NCBI GenBank assembly: GCA_964449285.1
Contig: CAYUZX010000011.1
Location: forward strand, 612 to 64,611
Source of the DNA: an uncultured Prolixibacteraceae bacterium
GTDB taxonomy: Bacteria > Bacteroidota > Bacteroidia > Bacteroidales > FEN-979
Reading direction: 5' to 3'
Length of the DNA: 64,000 nt
The translations under genes and the position numbers were made by a program. Under the pieces are notes generated by a model, which worked only from the letters and a program-made list of their open reading frames with translations, did not search any database and was not told where the DNA came from. Within the stretch, counting starts at the first letter, position 1. Each line of letters opens with the position of its first letter. Positions 43,804-52,744 of this stretch are shown here, one piece after another.

Positions 43804-44418
43804 ATGAATCTTGAAAAAATACTTATCGGAAACCAGATTTGGAGCCCCAGGAATCTGGATTCAAGCAGTTTTCGGAACGGAGATCCTATCCCAGAAGCTA
43901 CCTCAAGCCAGGCATGGAAGAAAGCAGCAAATGCTGGCACGCCTGCATGGTGCTACTATGAAAACGAGGAGGTGAATGGAGACATCTACGGAAAACTCTA
44001 TAACTGGTTTGCCGTAACAGATCCAAGGGGGCTGGCTCCCAGAGGGTGGCGTGTTCCAAGTAATGATGACTGGGCTGTTCTGGCAGAATATTTAGGCTAT
44101 GAAGATAAAGCCGGAGTCAAAATAAAAGCCACTTCGGGTTGGTATAAGGATGGTAACGGAACCAACGAAAGTGGGTTTTCGGGTCTACCCGGAGGAAGCC
44201 GTGACGATGATGGCACGTTTAAAAGCGTGGGACATTTTGCGATTTGGTGGTGTTCTGATGAATACGATTCCAACCTGGCAAGATACCGTTCCCTGTTTTA
44301 CTTTACCGACAATCTCCAGTTTCTTTACAATTACTATCACAAAGGAGATGGCTTGTCAGTTCGCTGTGTGAAAAATGAGGCGACGAGTGGTTGGGGAGAG
44401 AAAATAGTCAGGCCCTAA
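43804..44418 (+). CDS. FISUMP (Fibrobacter succinogenes major paralogous) domain protein, no signal peptide
   Basis: IGNQIWSPRNL...YGKLYNWFAV...APRGWRVPSNDDW...GFSGLPGGSRD...WWCS...GLSVRCVKN. Confidence 0.8.
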   Translation: MNLEKILIGNQIWSPRNLDSSSFRNGDPIPEATSSQAWKKAANAGTPAWCYYENEEVNGDIYGKLYNWFAVTDPRGLAPRGWRVPSNDDWAVLAEYLGYEDKAGVKIKATSGWYKDGNGTNESGFSGLPGGSRDDDGTFKSVGHFAIWWCSDEYDSNLARYRSLFYFTDNLQFLYNYYHKGDGLSVRCVKNEATSGWGEKIVRP

Positions 44419-44459
44419 GAGGCCTTAAACCTTAGGGTGGTAGATTAATATCCCAAGTA

Positions 44460-44778
44460 TTACTGTTTATCAAGATTTAACAAGGCCAGGGACTTTTCGT
44501 AAAATAATGAGACCAGCGTGATGCCATCAGCCATATATGTAGTCTCATCATAAGTCTTTCCAAACGCTTCACGCAGTTACCAGATTTGCGGCAGCCAGCT
44601 CAACCGGAAGGTTAGTTGCCTTGAATGATGGAGAATAATGTGCCGGAAGCAGGTTAAACAACCGTTTATAGTTTTGTATAATCACAGGGATGAAATCCTT
44701 TATATCAGCCTGGTTCCCAATTGTGTCTCCCAGAAATTCCCCCTAAAGCAAGGTTCTGTATCCAACGATAAAGGTCAC
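44460..44778 (-). pseudogene. Decayed gene remnant of unknown family
   Basis: The minus strand reads PVTFIVGYRTLL*GEFLGDTIGNQADIKDFIPVIIQNYKRLFNLLPAHYSPSFKATNLPVELAAANLVTA*. After a frame change it reads LREAFGKTYDETTYMADGITLVSLFYEKSLALLNLDKQ*. Confidence 0.35.
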
Positions 44779-44880
44779 TGGTAAATAGTATTAGATTCAA
44801 CATGAAGGTGAGTTTGTATAAAAGATGCTATCAAATTATCTAAAGAGCATAAAATCAATAGTATAAAAAACATCGTGTGG

Positions 44881-44950
44881 ATCGTCTGGATGATCCCGGT
44901 GCTGAGCGGGATGATCCTGGTGGCGGGGTTCTAGGCATATACATAATTTC
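44881..44950 (+). repeat. Left copy of a ~60-70-nt direct repeat
   Basis: 44881-44938 matches 46103-46160 with 4 mismatches in 58 nt and no indels (offset 1222 nt). Confidence 0.8.
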
Positions 44951-45051
44951 AATTTACGGACGAATTCAGGACGATACATAAATAGATATTTTTTTATGAC
45001 GAATTCGAGATGATTTATTACCCCCCCGTTGGATAACTTCATATTCCAGAC

Positions 45052-46014
45052 CTATAAGAATGCGGATACCCGAACAGATACATTTTGTTTCAGGTTGTTG
45101 TAGAAAAAATTATAGTCGTACTTATGATATATCCCACGAGGAAAACTCCCCCCGCTATAGAGGTCAATAGTTGGAATTGGTGCCACTAAAGCGCCTTTCT
45201 CGTTGATCCATGCACTGGTGAATTGCGGAACAATGGAATCGATCTCTCCAGCGTCGTTAAAAAACAGGGCACCGAGGTTCAACTCTTTGGGGGCAATTTC
45301 GGAGGAGGTTGTCCAGTTTAGCGGATTTACACATTGTGCACCAGGCAACAGCACAGGCGATCCTGTAGCATTTTCCGATTGTGTGTTGTAAGTGATAATC
45401 ACGCCAACATCATCCGTACGTTGTGCCAGTTTCATCCATGGGTGGTTGGCAAGATCGTCTGATGTAACAGAGTAGCCAATGAGATAAGCAGCAACAAGGC
45501 GTTCTTGAAGCTCAGGTTGGTCAAACATCTTTTTCATCATGTCGATCAAAATCATGGAACCCTGACTGTGGCCTGCCAGTATAAATGGACGCCCGTCGTT
45601 CAGGTGATCCAGATAATAAACAAAGGCCGCTACTGCATCATTGTAGCCAATAGCAAAATATTTATCCAGCGTATCTTGTGGCATGGCAAGAACATCCAAT
45701 GCCATTTGCCTGTAGAATGGAGCAAAGAAATTGCACGTTTCAGTATAAACACCTCCTTGCTCAAATGCAACGATCTTAGCTTTTTCACGAAGGGGATCAT
45801 CAGTGATATCCATCGTCATCTCTCCAATCCCTCCCAAAATTGTTGGATAGATATAAAAAACATCCACAGGCTTATCAATGGATTCAGGGATTGAAATCCA
45901 ATTACAGGCATTTTTATAATCGGGGATTTGTTCATTGTTTTGCTCGATAAAGCATCCAGTCATCATTAAGGAGATAATGAATAGGATGATAAAAGAGAAG
46001 GAAGTTGATTTCAT
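45052..46014 (-). CDS. DUF3089-like alpha/beta-hydrolase lipoprotein
   Basis: Lipobox (LMMTGC), VDVFYIYPT, nucleophile elbow LAGHSQGS. Confidence 0.65.
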   Translation of the reverse strand: MKSTSFSFIILFIISLMMTGCFIEQNNEQIPDYKNACNWISIPESIDKPVDVFYIYPTILGGIGEMTMDITDDPLREKAKIVAFEQGGVYTETCNFFAPFYRQMALDVLAMPQDTLDKYFAIGYNDAVAAFVYYLDHLNDGRPFILAGHSQGSMILIDMMKKMFDQPELQERLVAAYLIGYSVTSDDLANHPWMKLAQRTDDVGVIITYNTQSENATGSPVLLPGAQCVNPLNWTTSSEIAPKELNLGALFFNDAGEIDSIVPQFTSAWINEKGALVAPIPTIDLYSGGSFPRGIYHKYDYNFFYNNLKQNVSVRVSAFL

Positions 46015-46102
46015 GTAGTAAAAGTAATAAAATGCAAAATGGCGAACAAGTTTTCACTAATTAGCTCTGCCGAACGACGCTTTGCTCCGGTTAGCTATTT
46101 TC

Positions 46103-46172
46103 ATCATCTGGTTGATCCCGATGCTGAGCGGGATGATCCTGGGGGCGGGGTTCTAGGCATTTTTATAATTTT
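46103..46172 (+). repeat. Right copy of the direct repeat
   Basis: See 44881-44950. Confidence 0.8.
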
Positions 46173-46260
46173 GTTATCTGGCCGGATCACATGGAAACAA
46201 TATTACTGTACTTTTCTTCTGATAAGTATATCATCGGTATTATCGCAAACATTTGAAAGG

Positions 46261-46693
46261 GGGATCGTCAGCGATATTGACGGAAATGTTTACCCTACGG
46301 TTGTTATTGGCAAATAAGAGTGGATCGCGGAGTACCTGAAAACTACCTCTTATTACGACGGAACAAAAATTCCCTACGTTACCGGCAGCATTGCCTGGAA
46401 AGGATTGATCACAGGAGCTTACTGCTGGTACAACAATGATGAATGTGGTGCGACAACCTACAGAGCGTTGTAGTCATGGTCGCTTTTTCGTTGGAGGCAA
46501 GAGTGGATTCTGGTGGAGCAGCACCGAAGCCGGCATGTCCGAAGCGTGGCACAGGAACATGATCTCCTCATCGAAAAAGTTAACAGGAAACCTTAACAGG
46601 GAGGACAGATTAACGAGCATGAAGATCGATGCCGTATTTAGATGTAGTCAGAGTTTACACAAAATTCCTCATACTCTATTGACCTATTTCTAA
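46261..46693 (+). pseudogene. FISUMP-domain pseudogene (in-frame stops, frameshift, internal deletion)
   Basis: GIVSDIDGNVYPTVVIGK*EWIAEYLKTTSYYDGTKIPYVTGSIAWKGLITGAYCWYNNDE...YRAL* in frame 1. Then GGKSGFWWSSTEAGMSEAWHRNM...AVFRCSQS in frame 2. The central ~70 aa of the domain are missing. Confidence 0.75.
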
Positions 46694-46796
46694 GCTTAAA
46701 AAATCATACTGTAAAAGTCGCAACTGTCATATTTTTTTTTACTTTCACAATCCAAACTGGTTGATCTTGAATCATATTGTTAGAACCACCGCCGTT

Positions 46797-48323
46797 ATGA
46801 AATCATTTTCAGTTGCCCTCCTCCTCTTTTTGTTTTCCGTTATCATGGCATACGGACAAGAACTCAAGCTAACCGGATTTCACAACTATACGAATTGGGT
46901 CGACAAGCACAAAGACAATACAGTAAATGCCAAAGAGCTGGAAAACCTGGATGCGTTTGTGCCGAATGAACAGGGGAATTTCTCTTTCCTTGTGTTTCTT
47001 CCCTCCTCTACAAGCTTCTTCACTGCAAAAGAGAACAGAGTCACCAGCCAGAATTTCGTCATTACAGCAAAAGACAACGACTCGGGCGAGGAATGGAACG
47101 TATACGAAGCGGCCATAAACCCCAGGGAGATCAAATGGTTCGAGTTGATTCCCATCAGGGGAAACATCACCCTCACGTGCCGGTTCTCAGAGCTGGATTC
47201 GATCCGCACCCTCAGCTATTCTTACCTCTCTGCCAGCAAGGAGGAAGACCAGCAGATGAATCATCCCTTGAGCCGGGAAGAGATTCAGCGCTTTTCGAAA
47301 CTGAATGAAGAGAAAAAGACAGATATCCGGGAAGCCAAATCCGTTCGGGTCATGGTTGCCCAGAATTGGGACTGTTTCAGATATTTCTATCTCCCGGTCG
47401 CTAAGACCGCAAAACGGCTTCTGGCATTTACAGGATTGGATACAACGGAAACCGATCATCCTTCCGGTGATCTTCAGATCATTATCAATATAACCGGAAA
47501 TTCCAAAGTAGGAACGGTTAAAAGGCAAGCTCCTCATTCCAAATCGATTTCGTCTGTAGAGGTACGTACAGAAATTGGGATTGACGGCACCATTCTTTTT
47601 AAGCCAGCGACCAAAACCTATTTTGCAAACGATTTTGCATGGCATAAGAAGATATATCCTCTTGAATTTGTCGTGGGCCCGGGGGGTGGGACATGGGTGC
47701 AGAATTCTAATCAACTTACCATCGGGTATCGGAACATGTTTTATCAGGATTCTTTTCTCGGCGTATTTGGACCTATGCTGATCGAGGCTTTTAATCTTGA
47801 CCCGGTGAACTTTTACCTTTATGCTGCGGAGGATAAAAACAGTGCGATGAGCTATAACGCGATCAAATTGCTTGGAGAGCTTCACGACACCACGGCTTTC
47901 CTTCCATTGGTTCACATCTATCAGACGGATTCGATCTGGAACCGGAGAGCGGCCATCTCAGCCCTGGGCGAATTACAGGATTCACGCACCTTTCAAACCT
48001 TGGTCGAAGCTCTTGATGACTCAGACGGTGGGATCCGGTACCGGGCAGCAGAGGGATTAGGAAAACTGGGAGACCAACGTGCCGTGAAACCCTTGATAAT
48101 GGCAATCGATAAAGCCAGCCCGAATACCCTCCATCGTATCATCAAGGCACTTGGTGAATTGGGCGACCCGGCGGCTGTTGAACCTATTATTCCTCTCTTA
48201 AAAAAAAGCAGGTTTAAGAAAGATGCCCGGGAAGCATTGGTTCAATTGACAGGTGAAGATAAAGGAGAAAAATACAAGGATTGGAAAACCTGGTGGGAGG
48301 AGCAGACATTATTTTTGCTATAA
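46797..48323 (+). CDS. Secreted protein with C-terminal HEAT (PBS-lyase-type) repeats
   Basis: Signal MKSFSVALLLFLFSVIMAYGQ. Repeats AAISALGELQDSR / RYRAAEGLGKLGDQRAV / IIKALGELGDPAAV. Confidence 0.65.
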   Translation: MKSFSVALLLFLFSVIMAYGQELKLTGFHNYTNWVDKHKDNTVNAKELENLDAFVPNEQGNFSFLVFLPSSTSFFTAKENRVTSQNFVITAKDNDSGEEWNVYEAAINPREIKWFELIPIRGNITLTCRFSELDSIRTLSYSYLSASKEEDQQMNHPLSREEIQRFSKLNEEKKTDIREAKSVRVMVAQNWDCFRYFYLPVAKTAKRLLAFTGLDTTETDHPSGDLQIIINITGNSKVGTVKRQAPHSKSISSVEVRTEIGIDGTILFKPATKTYFANDFAWHKKIYPLEFVVGPGGGTWVQNSNQLTIGYRNMFYQDSFLGVFGPMLIEAFNLDPVNFYLYAAEDKNSAMSYNAIKLLGELHDTTAFLPLVHIYQTDSIWNRRAAISALGELQDSRTFQTLVEALDDSDGGIRYRAAEGLGKLGDQRAVKPLIMAIDKASPNTLHRIIKALGELGDPAAVEPIIPLLKKSRFKKDAREALVQLTGEDKGEKYKDWKTWWEEQTLFLL

Positions 48324-48363
48324 TGTTAGGAATCTTGATCTGGTATCAAACAAAATTCAATAG

Positions 48364-50028
48364 GTGAATACTAAAAAGAGAAACTGGTCGACATTTTACC
48401 TGGTTGGTATCCTCATCGCGACCGGGTTGATTTACAGCGCCTCCCTAAAAGGTGATTTTTTATCTTATGATGATACGGAGAATATTACCGGCAATATGCT
48501 TATTCGTGACCTCTCGCCGGGCTCTCTGCCTGCATTTTTCAAATCGACCAGCCTGTACATGTACTCACCGGTCACCTTTCTCAGTTATGCCCTTGATTAT
48601 AAGCTGGCCGGGATGGATGCCTTTTACTTCAGGCTGACCAACCTGCTTCTTCACTTGATGAATGTATTGCTTGTTTTTTTACTGGGAATGAAGCTATTTA
48701 AAAGATCCGGTCTTTCACTGATCATGGCTGCCCTTTTCGCTCTTAGCCCGGTAAATGCGGATACAGTTGCCTGGATTTCTGCCAGGAGCAATCTCCTTGC
48801 CACGCTGTTCTTTTTACTGTCCCTGCTACTCTATCTCGACTATTTGAAGAACAAGAACTACCTCTTCTATGGATTGTCCATTGTAGCATTCCTGCTTTCT
48901 CTCTTCTCGAAATCAGCGGTGGTGATGCTGCCTTTTACCTTATTTCTCTTAGATTATTTATTCGCCCGGAAACTGAATATCAGGCTGGTTCTTGAAAAGA
49001 TACCCTTCTTTGCAATCGCCTTACTGTTTGGCCTCATTGCGATCTGGTTCAGGACTGATACTGGCGCAACACAAACAACGATTCTCTACACTTTGCCCGA
49101 CAGGTTCTTCATGATTTGCTATTCCCTTATGAACTACCTGGTCATATCCATTGTCCCTGTTAACCTTTCGGAGGTGTATGGCTACCCGCAGAAATCGGGT
49201 GGAGCGCTTCCTCTCTGGTATTACCTCGCTCCTTTCCTGATCCTTGGGATTGTCATCCTCATTTTACGGACGAAGTCCATCCGAAGGGAAATGATCTTCG
49301 GATTGCTGTTCTTCCTGTTGAATATTATCATCACCCAGATTGTAATGCTGGAGGACAGTTTCAGGTCAAACCGCTATGCCTATATGCCATTTCTGGGGTT
49401 GTTTTTTATTTATATCATAGCAGGTGATACAGCATTGAAGCACAACCCTGCTATCCGGAAATACACGGTCATTCCCTTCCTGATCCTTGCGGTGCTCTAT
49501 GGAATTATGACCTTCCAACGGTCACTGGTTTGGAAGGATAGCCTGGGATTGTTCAATCATGCGATCATGGAATCTCCAGATGCAGCCTTTGTTTACAACA
49601 GCAGGGGAATTGCAAAATATTCCCAGGGAGATATGAAGGGCGCTCTCAACGATTACGATCAGGCCATCACCCTGAATCCTCAATATTCAGGGGCCTATTA
49701 TAATCGCGGAATCGTGTATTATAACATAGGGCAATATACAAATGCCATGAATGATTATTCCAAAGGGATCACTCTTAACCCAAATTTTGCCAGTTCCTAT
49801 GTTGCCAGGGGGATTCTTTACATGGATGTATTGAAGAATTATCCTGCAGCCATGAATGACTATACAAAAGCCATTGAGATCAATTCCTTATCTGCCCAGG
49901 CATTTTACAACCGGGGCATCCTGATGTTACGGATGAATAACCCCGACAATGCATGCCTGGATTTTAAGAAAGTGAAACAACTGGGTTACGATAGAGCGGA
50001 TGACTTGATTAACCGGTTTTGCAGGTGA
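48364..50028 (+). CDS. Polytopic membrane protein with C-terminal TPR repeats (TMTC/PMT-like glycosyltransferase-type architecture)
   Basis: GTG start. ~10 TM helices, then 4-5 TPR units (AFVYNSRGIAKY..., AYYNRGIVYY..., SYVARGILYM..., AFYNRGILML). Confidence 0.6.
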   Translation: MNTKKRNWSTFYLVGILIATGLIYSASLKGDFLSYDDTENITGNMLIRDLSPGSLPAFFKSTSLYMYSPVTFLSYALDYKLAGMDAFYFRLTNLLLHLMNVLLVFLLGMKLFKRSGLSLIMAALFALSPVNADTVAWISARSNLLATLFFLLSLLLYLDYLKNKNYLFYGLSIVAFLLSLFSKSAVVMLPFTLFLLDYLFARKLNIRLVLEKIPFFAIALLFGLIAIWFRTDTGATQTTILYTLPDRFFMICYSLMNYLVISIVPVNLSEVYGYPQKSGGALPLWYYLAPFLILGIVILILRTKSIRREMIFGLLFFLLNIIITQIVMLEDSFRSNRYAYMPFLGLFFIYIIAGDTALKHNPAIRKYTVIPFLILAVLYGIMTFQRSLVWKDSLGLFNHAIMESPDAAFVYNSRGIAKYSQGDMKGALNDYDQAITLNPQYSGAYYNRGIVYYNIGQYTNAMNDYSKGITLNPNFASSYVARGILYMDVLKNYPAAMNDYTKAIEINSLSAQAFYNRGILMLRMNNPDNACLDFKKVKQLGYDRADDLINRFCR

Positions 50029-50096
50029 CAAAATCGAAACAACGATAAATCAAGGTAGCGAAATTATGGCAATTCATGGCAATTTATTATAGCAAT

Positions 50097-50660
50097 ATGA
50101 CAACAACTCTCCCTCTTAGAACCCTTGGCAACTCCGATCTGCGAGTTACCCCCATTGACCTTTACCAGGTGCACCAGCCATTTGGGTTCTCTTCGGCTAC
50201 AGAGGAGATGAAACAGATGGCAGAACTGGCGAAGGAGAAGCAGATCAGGCACATCGGCGTGAGCAACTTCTCAGAGCAGAAGATGCGTGAAGCGGCCAAA
50301 GAGCTGGGCGTTACCATCATCGCATACTCTCCGCTGGCCCAGGGGATCCTTACCGGGAAGTTTCACGATAATCCTGAGTTGCTGAAGGGCGCAGGCTGGC
50401 GGAAAAGTTCAGGACCCTTCAAGGCAGAGAACATGAAGAAGAGCCTGCCGCTGATCAACATGATGAAAGAGCTGGGCGAGAAATATACGGTATCGGCCGC
50501 CCAGGTGGCACTTAACTGGCTGCTCTACGCCAACGGTGACACCGTAGTAGCGATCCCAGGCGCCACGAAACTCTCTCACGCCCGGGATAATGCTGGTGCA
50601 ATGACATTTCAACTATCCGCAGAAGAAATTGAGAAGCTCTCAGGTACTACCCCTTCCTAA
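50097..50660 (+). pseudogene. Aldo-keto reductase relic with in-frame internal deletions
   Basis: RTLGNSDLRVTP joins directly to IDLYQVHQP, so the ~100 aa carrying the Asp/Tyr/Lys catalytic residues are absent. A second gap lies between SNFSEQKMREAAKEL and GVTIIAYSPLAQGILTGKF. Confidence 0.6.
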
Positions 50661-50661
50661 A

Positions 50662-50691
50662 GGGGCTGTCTCAAAACATCGAGACAACCCC
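50662..50691. terminator. Hairpin between convergent genes (GGGGCTGTCTC-N8-GAGACAACCCC)
   Basis: 11-bp stem with one mismatch, 2 nt after the stop at 50660. Confidence 0.45.
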
Positions 50692-50739
50692 CTTGTCCCC
50701 CCTTCCCTTCTTGGTTAAGGAGTCGGGGGATGGGGTAGT

Positions 50740-52689
50740 CTATTCGTAACAAAACCGTTTCATCACCTTATAGGCATCGGGAATGCCGAGTTCTCCGGCT
50801 TTGCTAAGGTACTTGCACCCGCCGTTCTTGTCTTTCATCAGTAAGTAGATCAGCCCCAGGTTATAATACCCTTCGGCGAAATTCTTTTTCAGGTCAACAG
50901 CCCTACGGAAGTCATATAATGCCTCCTGGTAATTACCCATAGTAGCATAAAGAACCCCGCGGTTGTAATAGGCAAACGGGAAGCCGGGATCAAGAATGAT
51001 CACTTTTTTATAATTGTACATCATCGCTTCGATGAGGATGGCATCCTCTTTTACCCTCACCGAATCAACTTCATCTTCAGGGATCTCTCCGATCCCGGGA
51101 AGCCGTTTTGTCTTCTCCTCCTCCAGCCGGAATTGATAAAGGCCATAGATGGCATTCGCCCTGGCAAAATAAAGTAACACAAACCCGGGATCCAGACCGA
51201 TTGCTGAGTCGCAGTCACTGGTTGCCCTTGCATACTCTTTCAATCCGGTAAAGGAGACTGCTCTGATCAGGAAGGACTCCGGGTTACGGGAGACCGAATC
51301 AAGCAGGATCGTTTGCCGTGCCACAATTTCTCTCCGGGCTGAGTCACTAAGCAAGTAGGGTTTGTTTGCCAGGGAGATGATGCTCGTATAGTAGTGCTCT
51401 TTTGGGTAGGAGTCGTAGAGTTCAATCTGGTCATATCTGGCCTGGCCGAAAAAGAGGTTGAAAACCGGAGACAACTGAATGTCGACATACTGATTCTGGA
51501 ACTTGCTCGACATTGTGTTCATCTCCTCGAAGTTGCCGGTCAGCTTGATCAGGTTTTTGAGGTGGTTTTTTTCATCGAAATCTAACGTATCGGGGCGGTT
51601 TTCGTTGCGTTTAGCCGCCTCTTGCCCAAGTTGGTGATCTATGGCAGCTCCCTTCCTGTCTTTCAGCTTCTCTTTCACGTTCGACCGGGCCATATAGCCG
51701 TCGGTATAATCGGGAAAGAGAGCAATGGTTTTGTCAAAATCTTCCAGGGCATCCTGAAGGTCATTGGACTCCATCCGGAGTAACCCCCTGTAATAGTGGC
51801 TGATCAGGTTTTCGGGGTTGAGACGGATCACGGTAGTGAGATCACGGATGGCAGCGTTCAACTCCTTCATCTCATTCAGGATGATCGCACGGTTGAAATA
51901 GGCGTAGGAGTTATAAGGAGAGAGCAGGATGACCTTGTTGAGATCCATTAATGCCCCCTCTTTGTCCTTGTTGTTGATATGGGCTAACGCCCGGTTAAAC
52001 AGGGCGTAGATATTATTGGAATCGAGATTTAACGCCCGATTGAGATAAATGATAGCCGAATCGGGTCGTTCCAATTCCATCCAGGCTGCTCCCATCTGGA
52101 TGGAGCCGTAAGGATTTTTGGGATTCAACTCCATCACCTTCTGAAATGACGTAATAGCCGTATAATGGTTGCCCAGGCCCATTTCGGCGCTCCCTTTAAG
52201 CAGATAAACCATCTCGTCAGTATCGTCCAGGTCGATGGCTCTGTAGCAGTCGTTGATACAGTCGTCGAAGTGCTTGGTGAAAAGGTTGATCCGGGCACGG
52301 TTCAGATAAATGGTAGGATTCTTGCCATCCAGGTCTTGGGCTCTGGCGAAGTCTTCAAAGGCACCGTCGAACTTCTCCTGCTGGCTGCGTACGATTGCTC
52401 TGTTGATAAAGACATCAGGCTGGTAGGGGAAGAGTTCGATGGATGTTGTATAGTCTGCTTCTGCCCCGATGTAATCATCCAGTCCATATTTTGCATAACC
52501 TCTGAAAAAGTAGAGATCCGAAGCTGTTGGCTCATATCTGATAGCGTCATTCAGGGTATTCAGCGCCTCCAGGTACATCGCGTTCTGAAGCTGCGTCACC
52601 CCGATCTGCCTAAGGTTTGAACGGGTTTGGGAGAATAGGACTGCGAAAGGAAAAAATGCAAGAAATATCAGGAATAAACGGTTGCTCAT
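50740..52689 (-). CDS. Secreted TPR-repeat protein (649 aa)
   Basis: Signal MSNRLFLIFLAFFPFAVLFSQ. More than 12 TPR-like units (A..Y..RG......Y..A..D...A..L.P). Confidence 0.8.
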   Translation of the reverse strand: MSNRLFLIFLAFFPFAVLFSQTRSNLRQIGVTQLQNAMYLEALNTLNDAIRYEPTASDLYFFRGYAKYGLDDYIGAEADYTTSIELFPYQPDVFINRAIVRSQQEKFDGAFEDFARAQDLDGKNPTIYLNRARINLFTKHFDDCINDCYRAIDLDDTDEMVYLLKGSAEMGLGNHYTAITSFQKVMELNPKNPYGSIQMGAAWMELERPDSAIIYLNRALNLDSNNIYALFNRALAHINNKDKEGALMDLNKVILLSPYNSYAYFNRAIILNEMKELNAAIRDLTTVIRLNPENLISHYYRGLLRMESNDLQDALEDFDKTIALFPDYTDGYMARSNVKEKLKDRKGAAIDHQLGQEAAKRNENRPDTLDFDEKNHLKNLIKLTGNFEEMNTMSSKFQNQYVDIQLSPVFNLFFGQARYDQIELYDSYPKEHYYTSIISLANKPYLLSDSARREIVARQTILLDSVSRNPESFLIRAVSFTGLKEYARATSDCDSAIGLDPGFVLLYFARANAIYGLYQFRLEEEKTKRLPGIGEIPEDEVDSVRVKEDAILIEAMMYNYKKVIILDPGFPFAYYNRGVLYATMGNYQEALYDFRRAVDLKKNFAEGYYNLGLIYLLMKDKNGGCKYLSKAGELGIPDAYKVMKRFCYE

Positions 52690-52744
52690 TTCTTTTACTT
52701 AGTCATACTGCCATATTCCTCATTCCTTATACTCTCATACCCTG

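Noticed and set aside
43804-46693. Diversity-generating retroelement targeting the FISUMP (C-type-lectin-fold) genes
   Set aside because: No reverse transcriptase gene is present. No template/variable repeat pair exists either, since the two FISUMP C-termini are not similar at the nucleotide level.
47187-47915. 242-aa ORF antisense to the HEAT-repeat protein gene
   Set aside because: It is a shadow ORF with no motifs.
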